A stretch of 64,000 nt of DNA from a virus, in the IMG/VR virus record IMGVR_UViG_3300030419_004857, positions 1-64,000 of that record, one strand, 5' to 3'. Under the pieces are notes generated by a model, which saw only the letters and a list, made by a program, of their open reading frames with translations, was not told the DNA's origin and searched no databases. The translations under genes and the position numbers were made by a program. This document shows, piece by piece, positions 24,347-34,168 of the stretch (position 1 is the first letter of the stretch; every line of letters starts with the position of its first letter).

Positions 24347-24757
24347 ATGTCAGATGCCATGAGCAATTATTTGGAAGCAAAGCTGATCAATCATGTATTG
24401 AGAAATACAGCTTTCACCACTCCCGGTACAAGTGTGTACGTTGGATTAATTCAATTTTATGAATCCGATACTCTGGAAGCTGGAACCCTAACTCAGGAAG
24501 TTAGTGGAGGCTCATACGCAAGACAACAACACACCGCTTGGGATGACCCCTCTGGTGCTGGAGTTACCGAAAATACAGGAACAATTACATTTCCTACGGC
24601 TACCGCAGATTGGGGCTTGGTTTCAGGCGTTATTATTGCAGACGCTGCAACAGCCGGAAATGTTCTACTACACGGACCTTTAACTACACCCAGAGACGTA
24701 GTAAGTGGCGATGTTTTCAAGTTTAATGATGGCGATCTAGACATCTCCTTCACCTAA
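24347..24757 (+). CDS. Small virion structural protein
   Basis: MS.YLE.KL..HVLRNTA.T....YVGL...EVSGGSYARQ..ITFPTATADWG pattern typical of phage structural modules. Confidence 0.7.
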   Translation: MSDAMSNYLEAKLINHVLRNTAFTTPGTSVYVGLIQFYESDTLEAGTLTQEVSGGSYARQQHTAWDDPSGAGVTENTGTITFPTATADWGLVSGVIIADAATAGNVLLHGPLTTPRDVVSGDVFKFNDGDLDISFT

Positions 24758-24793
24758 AAACTATACCCTGTTTAAGAAAAAAGCGAGGGTATA

Positions 24794-25414
24794 ATGGCTC
24801 TGGTTTTAGCAGATAGAGTAAAAGAGACTACAACCACCACAGGCACTGGCGCGGTAACTCTCGCCGGGGCGGTGAATGGTTTTCAAGCGTTCTCTGATGG
24901 TGTAGGTAATAGTAATACTACGTATTATACTATTCAAGATGCTAATGGAACAGCGTGGGAGGTCGGGTTAGGAACTTTAAATGCTGACTCTACCACGCTT
25001 ACTCGCACCACTGTTTATGAGAGTAGTAACAGTGATGCTGCTATTACTTTAACCAGCGGCACTCATACAGTTTTCTGCACATATCCCGCTGGTAAATCTG
25101 TATATCTAGATTCAATTGGGAATCTTTCTCACGCAATAGTTCCGTATACAACTATCACCGGAGATACTACCCTAACCACGGATAACGTGGTTGTTTTTGT
25201 AAATGCTACTAGTGGAGAGGTGGATGTAACGTTATACGCGGCTACTTCCAACGGAGGACGGACATTGGTAATTAAGAAAACTGACAGTGGTAATACTGTA
25301 AATATTCTTAGAGCGGGAAGTGAAACAATAGACGGGATGACTTCTTTAGCTTTATATCACCAAAATGAATCTATTACTTTAATGTCAGATAATAGCAATT
25401 GGTTCATTGTCTGA
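24794..25414 (+). CDS. Virion fibre-associated protein
   Basis: MALVLADRVKETTTTTGTG N-terminus; C-terminal domain shared with the next ORF. Confidence 0.7.
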   Translation: MALVLADRVKETTTTTGTGAVTLAGAVNGFQAFSDGVGNSNTTYYTIQDANGTAWEVGLGTLNADSTTLTRTTVYESSNSDAAITLTSGTHTVFCTYPAGKSVYLDSIGNLSHAIVPYTTITGDTTLTTDNVVVFVNATSGEVDVTLYAATSNGGRTLVIKKTDSGNTVNILRAGSETIDGMTSLALYHQNESITLMSDNSNWFIV

Positions 25415-25416
25415 TT

Positions 25417-25426
25417 CGTGTATAAT
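25417..25426 (+). promoter_or_regulatory. Putative late promoter CGTGTATAAT
   Basis: Motif copy in an intergenic gap. Confidence 0.6.
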
Positions 25427-25463
25427 ACAATAAATAGCCACCAAATAATATTGGAGTATAAAA

Positions 25464-27530
25464 ATGTCATACGTACCGCATGGTTTTGAAATTAACACTC
25501 TTGGAGCGGCAGAAGCTTCTAAGTTTCTTACCGTTGATAGCAACATTGATGTTGCATCAGGTCTTAGAAATTTGACGGCTACTGGTTATCTTCAAGGAAC
25601 CACCTCCTTAAGAACAGCGTTAATAGAATACACAGACGGCGATGATGCCATTACTATCGCTGACGGCGGCGGTGTGACAATGGCGGCTGGAATAACCTCT
25701 ACGGCTGCTTCTAATACGTTTGGTGCTACTTCATTCAATGATGCTAACATTACCAATGTAGGTGATATAGCTTTAGATAGTATCAGTGCTGATGGTACAG
25801 ATATCAATCTTGCGCTTACCGATAATTCCGCAACAGCCTTTACTATTAAACAGGGCACTGATGCTTATCTTATTGTAGATACCGGAGACGGTAGTGAATC
25901 GGTTTCTATTGGTACTGGAATTTCAGGTACTGAGATTACAATTGGTCACGCCACTTCTGAAGTAACCATTGGCGACAACCTTACAGTTACCGGTAACCTT
26001 ACAGTTAGTGGCGATACAGTAACCCAAAACGTAGCTACCGTTCTTGTTGAAGACCCTCTGATGCTATTAGCTCATGGCCAAACCGGATCAGGGGGTTATG
26101 ATGCGGGTTTAATTGTAGAGCGTGGCGATGATACAAACGTTGGTATTATATGGGACGAAACTGCCGACGAATTTTCCGTCATTAACACATCTTCTACTGC
26201 AACAGAAGCCGGTAATGTAACCATTGCTAGCTATGCCGCTTTTCAGTCGGCTGCTCTTACGGCAAGTACTGGAACCTTTTCAGGTGTTTTGAAAACTGAT
26301 GACACCACTGAGGCGACTACTACAACTGATGGCGCGCTTCGGACAGCCGGTGGCTTGAGTGTTGCAAAAAGCGCTGTTATTGGTGATGATCTTGACTTAC
26401 TATCTGATAACGCTATTTTCTCCATGGGTCTCGGTAGTGATTTTACGATTACACATGATGGAACAACCGGGGTTACTCTTGCTGGTAATCCCATCACTAT
26501 TACTTCTGGCGGCGCTGCAACATGGTCAACTTCTGCTGGTGCTCTGACAATCGACGCTGCCGCTGCGGCTTTAACTTTAGATGGCCATACTGGAGTTACA
26601 GTTCAATCATCAAACTCTGGGGATATTACGCTTGATTCTGTTGCTGCGGTTAATATTGATGCCGGAACTGGAGTGATAAATTTCCAAGATAGCGGCTCAA
26701 CCGTATTGAGTCTAACCGAAAGTGGTAGCGGAGATGTAACAGTAAAACTAGTCACCGATGCTAAAGACCTTATCTTCACAGATAATGCCGATGCAGAAGG
26801 TTTTAGAATTCATGATGGCGCCGTAGGAGTTTCTGTTGTTGGAGATGTTCGAATTGCAGAACGCGCCGACCATGCTCAGACACCCGGAGCCGGTTATGGT
26901 CAACTTTGGGTTAAAAACGAAGCCGCGAACTGTGAATTATATTTTACCACAGATAACGGTAATGATATCCAGTTGACAGATGGTTCGTCTATTGCTGCTG
27001 GTGGTGGTGTTGCCGACAGTGTTGCTGCTGATGATATTAGTGCTGGCGATGCGGCTGTTAATATTACTACTAGTATGGGCGATATCACTCTGGCCACACA
27101 GGCTACTGATACCGACATTGTCCTTCAGGTAAACGATGACGGTTCTGTTATTACCGCCTTAACCCTTGATGGCAGCGAAGCTGGTGCGGCCACCTTTAAT
27201 AGTACAGTTACAGCTACTACTTCTGTGAAGGCTACAACCGTTTTTTGTATGGGTGTACAAAATGCCTCTGCCGACGTTAATCCGGCAAGTAAAGGACTTA
27301 CTGCTATTGACGCTTCTGGCGATAATTATACTGTGACCCTACCTACTGGTACAGCAGGGGCTATTGGTAATATGTATACAATCAAGAAGGTGGATAGTGG
27401 TACTAATACCGTTACTATTACTACAGCCACCAATGATAAAATTGATGGTGGTGATAGCATGCTCCTTTATCATCAATACGAAAGTATTACGGTGATTTAT
27501 GCCGATACGAATAAATATTACGTCATATAG
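25464..27530 (+). CDS. Fibre-like virion protein (688 aa)
   Basis: T/G/A/S/D-rich beta-repeat composition. Confidence 0.7.
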   Translation: MSYVPHGFEINTLGAAEASKFLTVDSNIDVASGLRNLTATGYLQGTTSLRTALIEYTDGDDAITIADGGGVTMAAGITSTAASNTFGATSFNDANITNVGDIALDSISADGTDINLALTDNSATAFTIKQGTDAYLIVDTGDGSESVSIGTGISGTEITIGHATSEVTIGDNLTVTGNLTVSGDTVTQNVATVLVEDPLMLLAHGQTGSGGYDAGLIVERGDDTNVGIIWDETADEFSVINTSSTATEAGNVTIASYAAFQSAALTASTGTFSGVLKTDDTTEATTTTDGALRTAGGLSVAKSAVIGDDLDLLSDNAIFSMGLGSDFTITHDGTTGVTLAGNPITITSGGAATWSTSAGALTIDAAAAALTLDGHTGVTVQSSNSGDITLDSVAAVNIDAGTGVINFQDSGSTVLSLTESGSGDVTVKLVTDAKDLIFTDNADAEGFRIHDGAVGVSVVGDVRIAERADHAQTPGAGYGQLWVKNEAANCELYFTTDNGNDIQLTDGSSIAAGGGVADSVAADDISAGDAAVNITTSMGDITLATQATDTDIVLQVNDDGSVITALTLDGSEAGAATFNSTVTATTSVKATTVFCMGVQNASADVNPASKGLTAIDASGDNYTVTLPTGTAGAIGNMYTIKKVDSGTNTVTITTATNDKIDGGDSMLLYHQYESITVIYADTNKYYVI

Positions 27531-27548
27531 TAATTAGGAATTTAGAAC

Positions 27549-29849
27549 ATGGTACATTCTATAACGTTACAAACGTATGACGGTACTATTACCGATAACG
27601 ATATATTGGGGCAGATTTGTTTTGCCGCTCCCAATGAGCATGCTTTTGCTGCGGGAGCAGTAACTGCGTCTATTTTTGCTAGGTCGGAAACAGGGTTTGA
27701 TGATGATGAGAATGAAACTGAATTAGTGTTTGCAACGGCTTCTGGGGGCGCGACAGGTGCGCGTCCCACCGCCTCCCTTACTGGTGACATGATCCTTAGT
27801 TCTGCTGGTCTTTTAACTGTTGCGGGTGGGATAACCTCCACCGCCGCTAGCAACACTCTTGGCGCAACCTCGTTTAATGATGCCAATATCACTAATGTCG
27901 GGAATATAGCGCTGGATAGTATTTCTGCCGATGGTTCCACAATAACCATTACAGGAAATACAACCTTTGCTGATGGCGCTTATGACTTTGACATCGCATC
28001 ACACGATACTTCAAATGGATTGAAGCTTGGTGGAGCGCTTGTTACTGCTACCGCTGCCGAACTTAACCTTTTGGATGGTTCTTCTGCTGGTACTGTTGCT
28101 AATAGCAAAGCTGTTATTTACAGTGCAGCAGGGATTGTTCAGGCCACCGATTTGAAAGTTCCAGATGGTGGGGGTATTCATGGCGGCACTGTTTCTGACT
28201 TTATTGTAATTGGCTCTGATACTGTTACCATTAAAGATGGTGCTTATGATTTTGATATTGCATCACATGACACTTCAAATGGACTAAAGCTGGGTGGAAC
28301 TCTTGTTACCGCTACCGCTGCCGAACTTAACTATCTAGATATTAGCACATTGGGAACCGCAGCGACCAGTAAAGCGGTTACTGTTTCTGCTGGAGGCAAA
28401 ATTACTCTCGGCAGCATTGAGATTGAAGGTAGCGCTTTCGACATTGATGGCGGAACTATTGATGGAGCTACTATTGCAACCAGCGATATTACGGTTGGTA
28501 GTAGTAAAACTCTAAATGTTTCTGGTGGAACGCTAACAACCTCTGCTGCACAAAACCTAGCGATAGTTCAAGGTGCGGCTTCCAATATAGATATTGGTGC
28601 TTATGAGCTAAGAGCGCAGACACTCGAATCTGATGTTGCGACTGGAACGGCTCCTTTAACTGTTGCATCTACTACTAAAGTAACCAACCTCAATGCCGAC
28701 AAATTAGATGACCAAGAGGGTAGTTATTATTTAGACTTTAGTAATTTTGTAGTTGATGCTGACGAAATTAGTGGCGATAAGATTCATGGCGGTACAATTA
28801 GCGGTAATGTTGCTTTAGGAGATGGGGCTACAGCAACCACACAGCCTTCTAGTGATAATTCAACAAAGATTGCAACTACAGCATATGTTGATGCGGCGAG
28901 TGGTGGTGGTAGTGGCGACATAACAGGTGTCGATCTTACTGGTGGTACAGGAATTGACATAGGTTCTGAAACCAACACTACTTCTGGTGATTACAGTGCA
29001 ACCATATCAGTTGACGTTTCAGACTTCATGACATCGGGTGCAAATAACCGCGTGTTGACCGCAGTTGACGCAGATAGTTTTCAAGGTGAATCTAACCTTA
29101 CCTTCGGTGGTGGAGATCTTCTCGTTGGGGGTTCTACTCCTTCTGTTACTATCGGAGATGCCGGATCAGAAGACGTTAAGTTGGTATTCGACCACGCCTC
29201 TCAAGATTATTATCTTGGTGTAGATCACTCAGAGAGCGAGAAATTTATGATTGGTCTTGGGTCCGCTGTTGGGACAACGCCTGTTATAACTATGACGAGT
29301 AGTGGCGCTCTCAGTGTTGGAGTCGATGATACCGGATACGATTTCAAGATTTTTGGGGCTACGTCAGGTAAATATATGGAATGGGACGAAAGCGGGGACC
29401 GCTTGCAGGTATTCGGTTCGTACAGAAACGAAATGGGGAACGCCACAAACGGACCCGCAGTAGCTTACAACGGGACTGTGGCACTTGCTGACGGTGGTGC
29501 AACAATCGATATCGATTGGTCAAAAAGTAACTACCACTGGGTGAGACTTGGACAGAATGTAGACGTAACCAAGATTACCTTCACAAACATGTTCAGAGGC
29601 GGGAGATACATTCTCAGGATAGAACAGAACAACGTTTCGGCATCGGATGTCTCTTGGGAAACCGTGGAGGGGGGCAATTCGAGCACGGCAGCTTTCACCG
29701 AGGTTAGGTGGGTTGGAGGAGACGCTCCTACAATGTCAACGGGAACTAGCTCAACAGATGTGTACGGATTTCTTTGCACTAGGAGTAATGGTAGGGGTAT
29801 GGACTGTTTTGTTATTGCTCAAGACTTACAAGAAGATGATCATCATTAA
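27549..29849 (+). CDS. Fibre-like virion protein (766 aa)
   Basis: Internal repeats; VTNLNADKLD, DNSTKIATTAYV and VTATAAELN fibre motifs. Confidence 0.72.
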   Translation: MVHSITLQTYDGTITDNDILGQICFAAPNEHAFAAGAVTASIFARSETGFDDDENETELVFATASGGATGARPTASLTGDMILSSAGLLTVAGGITSTAASNTLGATSFNDANITNVGNIALDSISADGSTITITGNTTFADGAYDFDIASHDTSNGLKLGGALVTATAAELNLLDGSSAGTVANSKAVIYSAAGIVQATDLKVPDGGGIHGGTVSDFIVIGSDTVTIKDGAYDFDIASHDTSNGLKLGGTLVTATAAELNYLDISTLGTAATSKAVTVSAGGKITLGSIEIEGSAFDIDGGTIDGATIATSDITVGSSKTLNVSGGTLTTSAAQNLAIVQGAASNIDIGAYELRAQTLESDVATGTAPLTVASTTKVTNLNADKLDDQEGSYYLDFSNFVVDADEISGDKIHGGTISGNVALGDGATATTQPSSDNSTKIATTAYVDAASGGGSGDITGVDLTGGTGIDIGSETNTTSGDYSATISVDVSDFMTSGANNRVLTAVDADSFQGESNLTFGGGDLLVGGSTPSVTIGDAGSEDVKLVFDHASQDYYLGVDHSESEKFMIGLGSAVGTTPVITMTSSGALSVGVDDTGYDFKIFGATSGKYMEWDESGDRLQVFGSYRNEMGNATNGPAVAYNGTVALADGGATIDIDWSKSNYHWVRLGQNVDVTKITFTNMFRGGRYILRIEQNNVSASDVSWETVEGGNSSTAAFTEVRWVGGDAPTMSTGTSSTDVYGFLCTRSNGRGMDCFVIAQDLQEDDHH

Positions 29850-29860
29850 GGGAATCAGTT

Positions 29861-30232
29861 ATGGGTATGGATCAGGTTACAATAGCGAGCGATGTTGCTG
29901 TTTCTAGTTGTTCGGGTTCTGGACCCGCTTATACGGTAAACTACAGTGGGACCGACCCTGTTATAAAAGTAAACGTGGGAGATGAAGTTACAGTTAATAA
30001 AAGAGAGGCTGGAGCGGGGGGCGGTAGTGATATTATAGGAGTATATACATATAAAGTAACCGGTTATACAGATTCAGACACTCTTACACTTACATATGTT
30101 TCTGACTCGCAACTCGACGGGGACGATTCTCCTTGCGACATTCCTTCTGGAACAGGCAGTTCAGGATCTCCCAACAAAGCACCTCATACTTTTAAGAGGA
30201 ATGTAAGCCCGTCCTTCGGTATGTTTGTTTAA
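29861..30232 (+). CDS. Hypothetical protein (123 aa)
   Basis: ORF track. Confidence 0.6.
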   Translation: MGMDQVTIASDVAVSSCSGSGPAYTVNYSGTDPVIKVNVGDEVTVNKREAGAGGGSDIIGVYTYKVTGYTDSDTLTLTYVSDSQLDGDDSPCDIPSGTGSSGSPNKAPHTFKRNVSPSFGMFV

Positions 30233-30243
30233 ATAATAGATTT

Positions 30244-31302
30244 ATGGAAAAAATCGAATACAGCCCAAGTGATATCGGTGAGTGTCAATGTCCCCAGTCG
30301 GGATTTTGTGAATTTTTCAGGCAGGAGATGACATACGACCCGCCCAATTGGCAATGGTGTCAAAACGCCACTCCAGAAGAGAGGATGAAGTACAAGGCGG
30401 ATTGTGACAAGAAGCATGATAGGAGATCTTTTATTTTTACAGGAAGATTCGTAACTATTGATAATATGATGGATGCTATCAAGCATGGTCTTTTACCAAA
30501 AGTAGGTGATCTTAATCTAAGAGGAGTTGCAGGGGTTCCCAGATCTGGAGTTTTTCCCGCTAGCATAGTGGCGATGTGGTTGAATATTCCCCTGTATGTT
30601 TTTGATGAAGAGGGTAAATTTTCTCCATTGTCGGCAATGTCCGACTTTGGAGGTGTAAGGATGCAACACCACAGAGAACGCGATGGGGCAATACTTGTGC
30701 TTGATGATACCGTTTATGGCGGCGTCTCAATGCAAAATATTAAAAAGCGCATCGGAGATAATAATAAGGTGCTGTATGGAAGTGTTTATGTTCACACGAA
30801 AAGTTCTCATGTAGTAGATGTTTTTGGAGAAATATTAGACCCGCCTCATATATTAGAGTGGAACTTTTTTAACAGTTCCTATATTGAAAATTCTTTGATA
30901 GACTTTGACGGTATATTGTCACCAAACGTACCATATGAAAAATGCCAGAGGGAAGAAGATTACATAGACTACATAACAAATGTAAAACCTTTCTACCATA
31001 GATTACCCAGAACCTACAAGTGCAAAGGTATTGTCACAGCAAGACTTGAAAAATACAGGGATATAACGGAGGCATGGCTAGATAAATACAATATAGAATA
31101 TGGTTCATTAACAATGTTTCCTACGGAGAGAGAGGAAGAAAGAGACGCTAACCACATTCTTGAAGCTGCTAAATTTAAAGCAGAAGTTATAAGAAAATTA
31201 AATTCGGCATATTTTGTAGAGAGTGAAATAGCAGAAGCTCATTTAATAAGAAAGAATATTTCAAGGGTGGTGATTTGCCCAGACGAAGGAAGATTTGGCT
31301 AA
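30244..31302 (+). CDS. Phosphoribosyltransferase-like plus HAD-like fusion protein
   Basis: GVPRSG and ILVLDDTVYGG.S (PRPP loop); IDFDGIL, IVTAR and K..FVES (HAD motifs). Confidence 0.72.
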   Translation: MEKIEYSPSDIGECQCPQSGFCEFFRQEMTYDPPNWQWCQNATPEERMKYKADCDKKHDRRSFIFTGRFVTIDNMMDAIKHGLLPKVGDLNLRGVAGVPRSGVFPASIVAMWLNIPLYVFDEEGKFSPLSAMSDFGGVRMQHHRERDGAILVLDDTVYGGVSMQNIKKRIGDNNKVLYGSVYVHTKSSHVVDVFGEILDPPHILEWNFFNSSYIENSLIDFDGILSPNVPYEKCQREEDYIDYITNVKPFYHRLPRTYKCKGIVTARLEKYRDITEAWLDKYNIEYGSLTMFPTEREEERDANHILEAAKFKAEVIRKLNSAYFVESEIAEAHLIRKNISRVVICPDEGRFG

Positions 31303-31862
31303 TGGAGAAGATAAAGGAATTTGAAACAAGGAATGAGATGTATCTTGACGTTCCAAAAGGAGGGGTTGGGGCTGAAATAGGAGTGTGCAAAGGCATGAAT
31401 GCAATTAACCTATGGCACATAACAAAGCCGAGCAAGATGTACTTATGCGATTCTTGGAGAGAAAGACATCCGAACTATTGTGCAATTGAAGATACCAAGC
31501 TATGGGAAGATGACCATCGGGAGTTGGTGAAAAAACTTTTTGAGTTAGAAGTAGAGAACAACGAAGTCGAACTCGTTAGAGAATGGGGCGGAAACTTTTT
31601 ATACAACCTGCCTGATGACTCATTAGACTGGGTTTATTTAGATGCCTGTCATGACTACAAGCCTGTGTCAATAGAAATTGAAAACTCTTTAAACAAAGTC
31701 AAGGCTGGAGGATTGATTATGGGACATGATTATTGGACTAATTCCCTAAACTGGAAAGCCGGTGTTATCAGGGCTGTAAATGAACGAATACAAAACGGGG
31801 ACATGAAGATGGTAGGCATTACCATAGAAAAATTTACAAGCTACATGTGCAAGGTTCTATGA
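31302..31862 (+). CDS. Class I SAM-dependent methyltransferase (Methyltransf_24-like)
   Basis: GAEIGVCKG, LDWVYLDACHDY, KVKAGGLIMGHDY. Confidence 0.85.
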   Translation: MEKIKEFETRNEMYLDVPKGGVGAEIGVCKGMNAINLWHITKPSKMYLCDSWRERHPNYCAIEDTKLWEDDHRELVKKLFELEVENNEVELVREWGGNFLYNLPDDSLDWVYLDACHDYKPVSIEIENSLNKVKAGGLIMGHDYWTNSLNWKAGVIRAVNERIQNGDMKMVGITIEKFTSYMCKVL

Positions 31863-32398
31863 TATACTTACCAAAAAGAGCAGCTTTTGTTCATATACCA
31901 AGAACCGCAGGACATTCGATAAAAGCCGCTGTTTCAAATGTTTGCGCTAGAAACAATATACCTTTTGTGGTTAGTACTGTTCCTTCATGGATAAAGGAGT
32001 TTGACAGGGTTGAAATACATCAGAGAGCTTCGACCCTTAAGGGTTATATTAGGGAGTGGCCTGATATTTATCGATTTGCAATTCATAGACCTATACAAGA
32101 AAGAATTGAAAGTGTTTGTAAATGGGTAGAGTATCTGAGGAAAATAGGGTTTAACAAAGATCCAAACACCTCATCTGAGATAAAAGAGTTTATAGAAAGA
32201 GAAAATTATAGAGAGTGGATAGCAGAAAACTGGAAGCATTACACGACACAGTTTTTTACTGAAGGAGTTTACGGTGAGGATCTAGGCGTGGAAATTTATC
32301 CTTTTGAAGATCTTCATGACAGATGGGATGAAATTTGTAGAAAATGTCAAATTCCACAATGCGAACTACCTAGGTTGAATACTCCTTCAGGTGTATAA
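31859..32398 (+). CDS. Sulfotransferase family 2-like protein
   Basis: FVHIPRTAG.SI and FA..RP..ERI.S motifs. Confidence 0.72.
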   Translation: MIYLPKRAAFVHIPRTAGHSIKAAVSNVCARNNIPFVVSTVPSWIKEFDRVEIHQRASTLKGYIREWPDIYRFAIHRPIQERIESVCKWVEYLRKIGFNKDPNTSSEIKEFIERENYREWIAENWKHYTTQFFTEGVYGEDLGVEIYPFEDLHDRWDEICRKCQIPQCELPRLNTPSGV

Positions 32399-32399
32399 T
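32390..32399 (+). promoter_or_regulatory. Putative late promoter GGTGTATAAT
   Basis: Motif copy overlapping the preceding stop codon. Confidence 0.65.
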
Positions 32400-32432
32400 C
32401 TACATGTATTACAGTAAATAGAGGACTTAAAC

Positions 32433-32792
32433 ATGGCTGAACTAACTGCAAATTTCAACGGTAAGAATATTACCGTAACATATCCAGATTCCATACTTGG
32501 AAAGGCTCAAGAAGCTTTTCCTGCCATGAACGCTAACTTATGGTCTTCATTCTACCAAGACAAACTAGATGCCTTAGACGAAGACGAGCCAAGCGAAGAC
32601 CAGTTAAGTGAATGGAAGTATGAGTTTACAGTTGACTGTATTATGAATCGTATAGTACGCACAATAAGATCTTATGAAATACAAAAGGCGGTTAAAAATG
32701 TTGAGGACCAAGCAAAAGCTGCTGTGGATGAGACGTTAGATCAAATCAATGTAGAAATTGAAGACGAATCATCTGGTCCAAGTTTTGTATAG
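32433..32792 (+). CDS. Hypothetical acidic protein
   Basis: ORF track; GAGG RBS. Confidence 0.65.
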   Translation: MAELTANFNGKNITVTYPDSILGKAQEAFPAMNANLWSSFYQDKLDALDEDEPSEDQLSEWKYEFTVDCIMNRIVRTIRSYEIQKAVKNVEDQAKAAVDETLDQINVEIEDESSGPSFV

Positions 32793-32799
32793 GTGATGT

Positions 32800-33333
32800 A
32801 TGTTTGGGTTTCATGCGGTAAGTGAAGCTGCCTTTTCTTCTTTTGCTGGTGCTATTCACACCGCAGAAGCTTCTCTTGGTAATGAGTTTGGCTTTGATGA
32901 TGGTTTTACCGCCGGATTTGAAGTTGAACCAGCCGTATTAAACGCATCCGCCACCATGATTTGGGCAGGTAGTTCTGCCTTGGAGAAGGGGTTTGGGTTA
33001 TCCGCCGATGCAGTCCTGTTGTCCGATCTCAGTCTTGGTCGCCCAAAGCCGGGTACAGCGTCATTACAAAGTGATTCGATTTTTTCCTCAAAGGGTGTAT
33101 TAATAAGTATAGGGAAGGCTAATTTAGCGGGAGCCGCTAAGTTTGCAGGATTCGACTGGAGTGAAATTAAGTTTTCGCTGTATATTGATCAGGCGAGAAG
33201 TATGACAAATTATATTGATAAACAAAAAGGTGTTACTTTATATTTGGATCGAGAATTAAATGAGACTCTTAGAATAGATCAAACCTCCTCTAAGACTTCA
33301 TATATAGATAAAGAATTGTCGATGGAGACTTAA
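32800..33333 (+). CDS. Hypothetical virion protein
   Basis: ORF track; structural context. Confidence 0.6.
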   Translation: MFGFHAVSEAAFSSFAGAIHTAEASLGNEFGFDDGFTAGFEVEPAVLNASATMIWAGSSALEKGFGLSADAVLLSDLSLGRPKPGTASLQSDSIFSSKGVLISIGKANLAGAAKFAGFDWSEIKFSLYIDQARSMTNYIDKQKGVTLYLDRELNETLRIDQTSSKTSYIDKELSMET

Positions 33334-33334
33334 A

Positions 33335-33646
33335 ATGGCCGCTAATGAGATTCATGTAGATGATGTTGGAACTAAATTCATTGTTACCATTAAGGATGGT
33401 GACACTGCTATTAATGTTTCCGCCGCTACCACAAAAAACATTATCTTAAAAAAGCCGTCTGGAACAAAAGTGACGGCAGCAGGATCTTTTGAAACGGATG
33501 GTTCGGACGGCGTGATAAGCTACGTTACGACAGGAACCGAATTAGACGAGGCGGGTACATATAAAATACAGGCGTATGTTGTTTTATCTGCCGGTAACCA
33601 GTTTCATAGCGACATATCCACTTTCAAAGTTCATAGAAACGTATAA
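33335..33646 (+). CDS. Small Ig-like/BppU-N-like structural protein
   Basis: D.GT.F..TI.D...I.VS.AT....LKKP.G....DG...Y.....LD.AG.Y..Q pattern. Confidence 0.55.
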   Translation: MAANEIHVDDVGTKFIVTIKDGDTAINVSAATTKNIILKKPSGTKVTAAGSFETDGSDGVISYVTTGTELDEAGTYKIQAYVVLSAGNQFHSDISTFKVHRNV

Positions 33647-33655
33647 GGGGGCAAC

Positions 33656-34168
33656 ATGGCTTGGCAAAACGAGATGTCTATCATAGTTCGTCACCTAGTT
33701 AACGATCTAGACTCTAGCGCCTATGTTTTTTCCAACGATAGGGTGGAGGAGACAATTTTGGTTGCCTCACAACTTGTGTTGCACGAAATGGACTTTGAAA
33801 ATACGTACAGTGTGGATGTAGATTCTTCATCTTTATCCCCAGATCCCACATCGTCCAGTAATAAGGATGACGCATTCATTAGTCTTGTTTGTCTGAAATC
33901 TGCATACATTCTTCTGGGCAGTGAAATTAAAACTCATTCGCTAAACTCCATCTCTCTTAAAGATGGTCCCTCTTCTCTAGATCTAAGAGGGATCGTGCAG
34001 GGGTTAAATATACTATTTTCTGACGTAGTTAAAAGGTATGATGAAGCTAAGCTTCAGTATCAGCTTGGTGGCAGCATTGCTGGTCAAGCCGTCCTTAGCC
34101 CCTATTCTCCCGGTAGCGACGTGGCATATAGAACAAATCTATCCTCAAGATCAGGACGTTTTGAGTAA
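33656..34168 (+). CDS. Head-tail connector/adaptor-like protein
   Basis: VR.LVND....FS.DR N-terminus; synteny. Confidence 0.5.
   Translation: MAWQNEMSIIVRHLVNDLDSSAYVFSNDRVEETILVASQLVLHEMDFENTYSVDVDSSSLSPDPTSSSNKDDAFISLVCLKSAYILLGSEIKTHSLNSISLKDGPSSLDLRGIVQGLNILFSDVVKRYDEAKLQYQLGGSIAGQAVLSPYSPGSDVAYRTNLSSRSGRFE

Noticed and set aside
25464-29849. Diversity-generating retroelement TR/VR pair
   Set aside because: Duplicated blocks differ mainly at synonymous positions rather than adenine-specifically, and no reverse transcriptase is in the window
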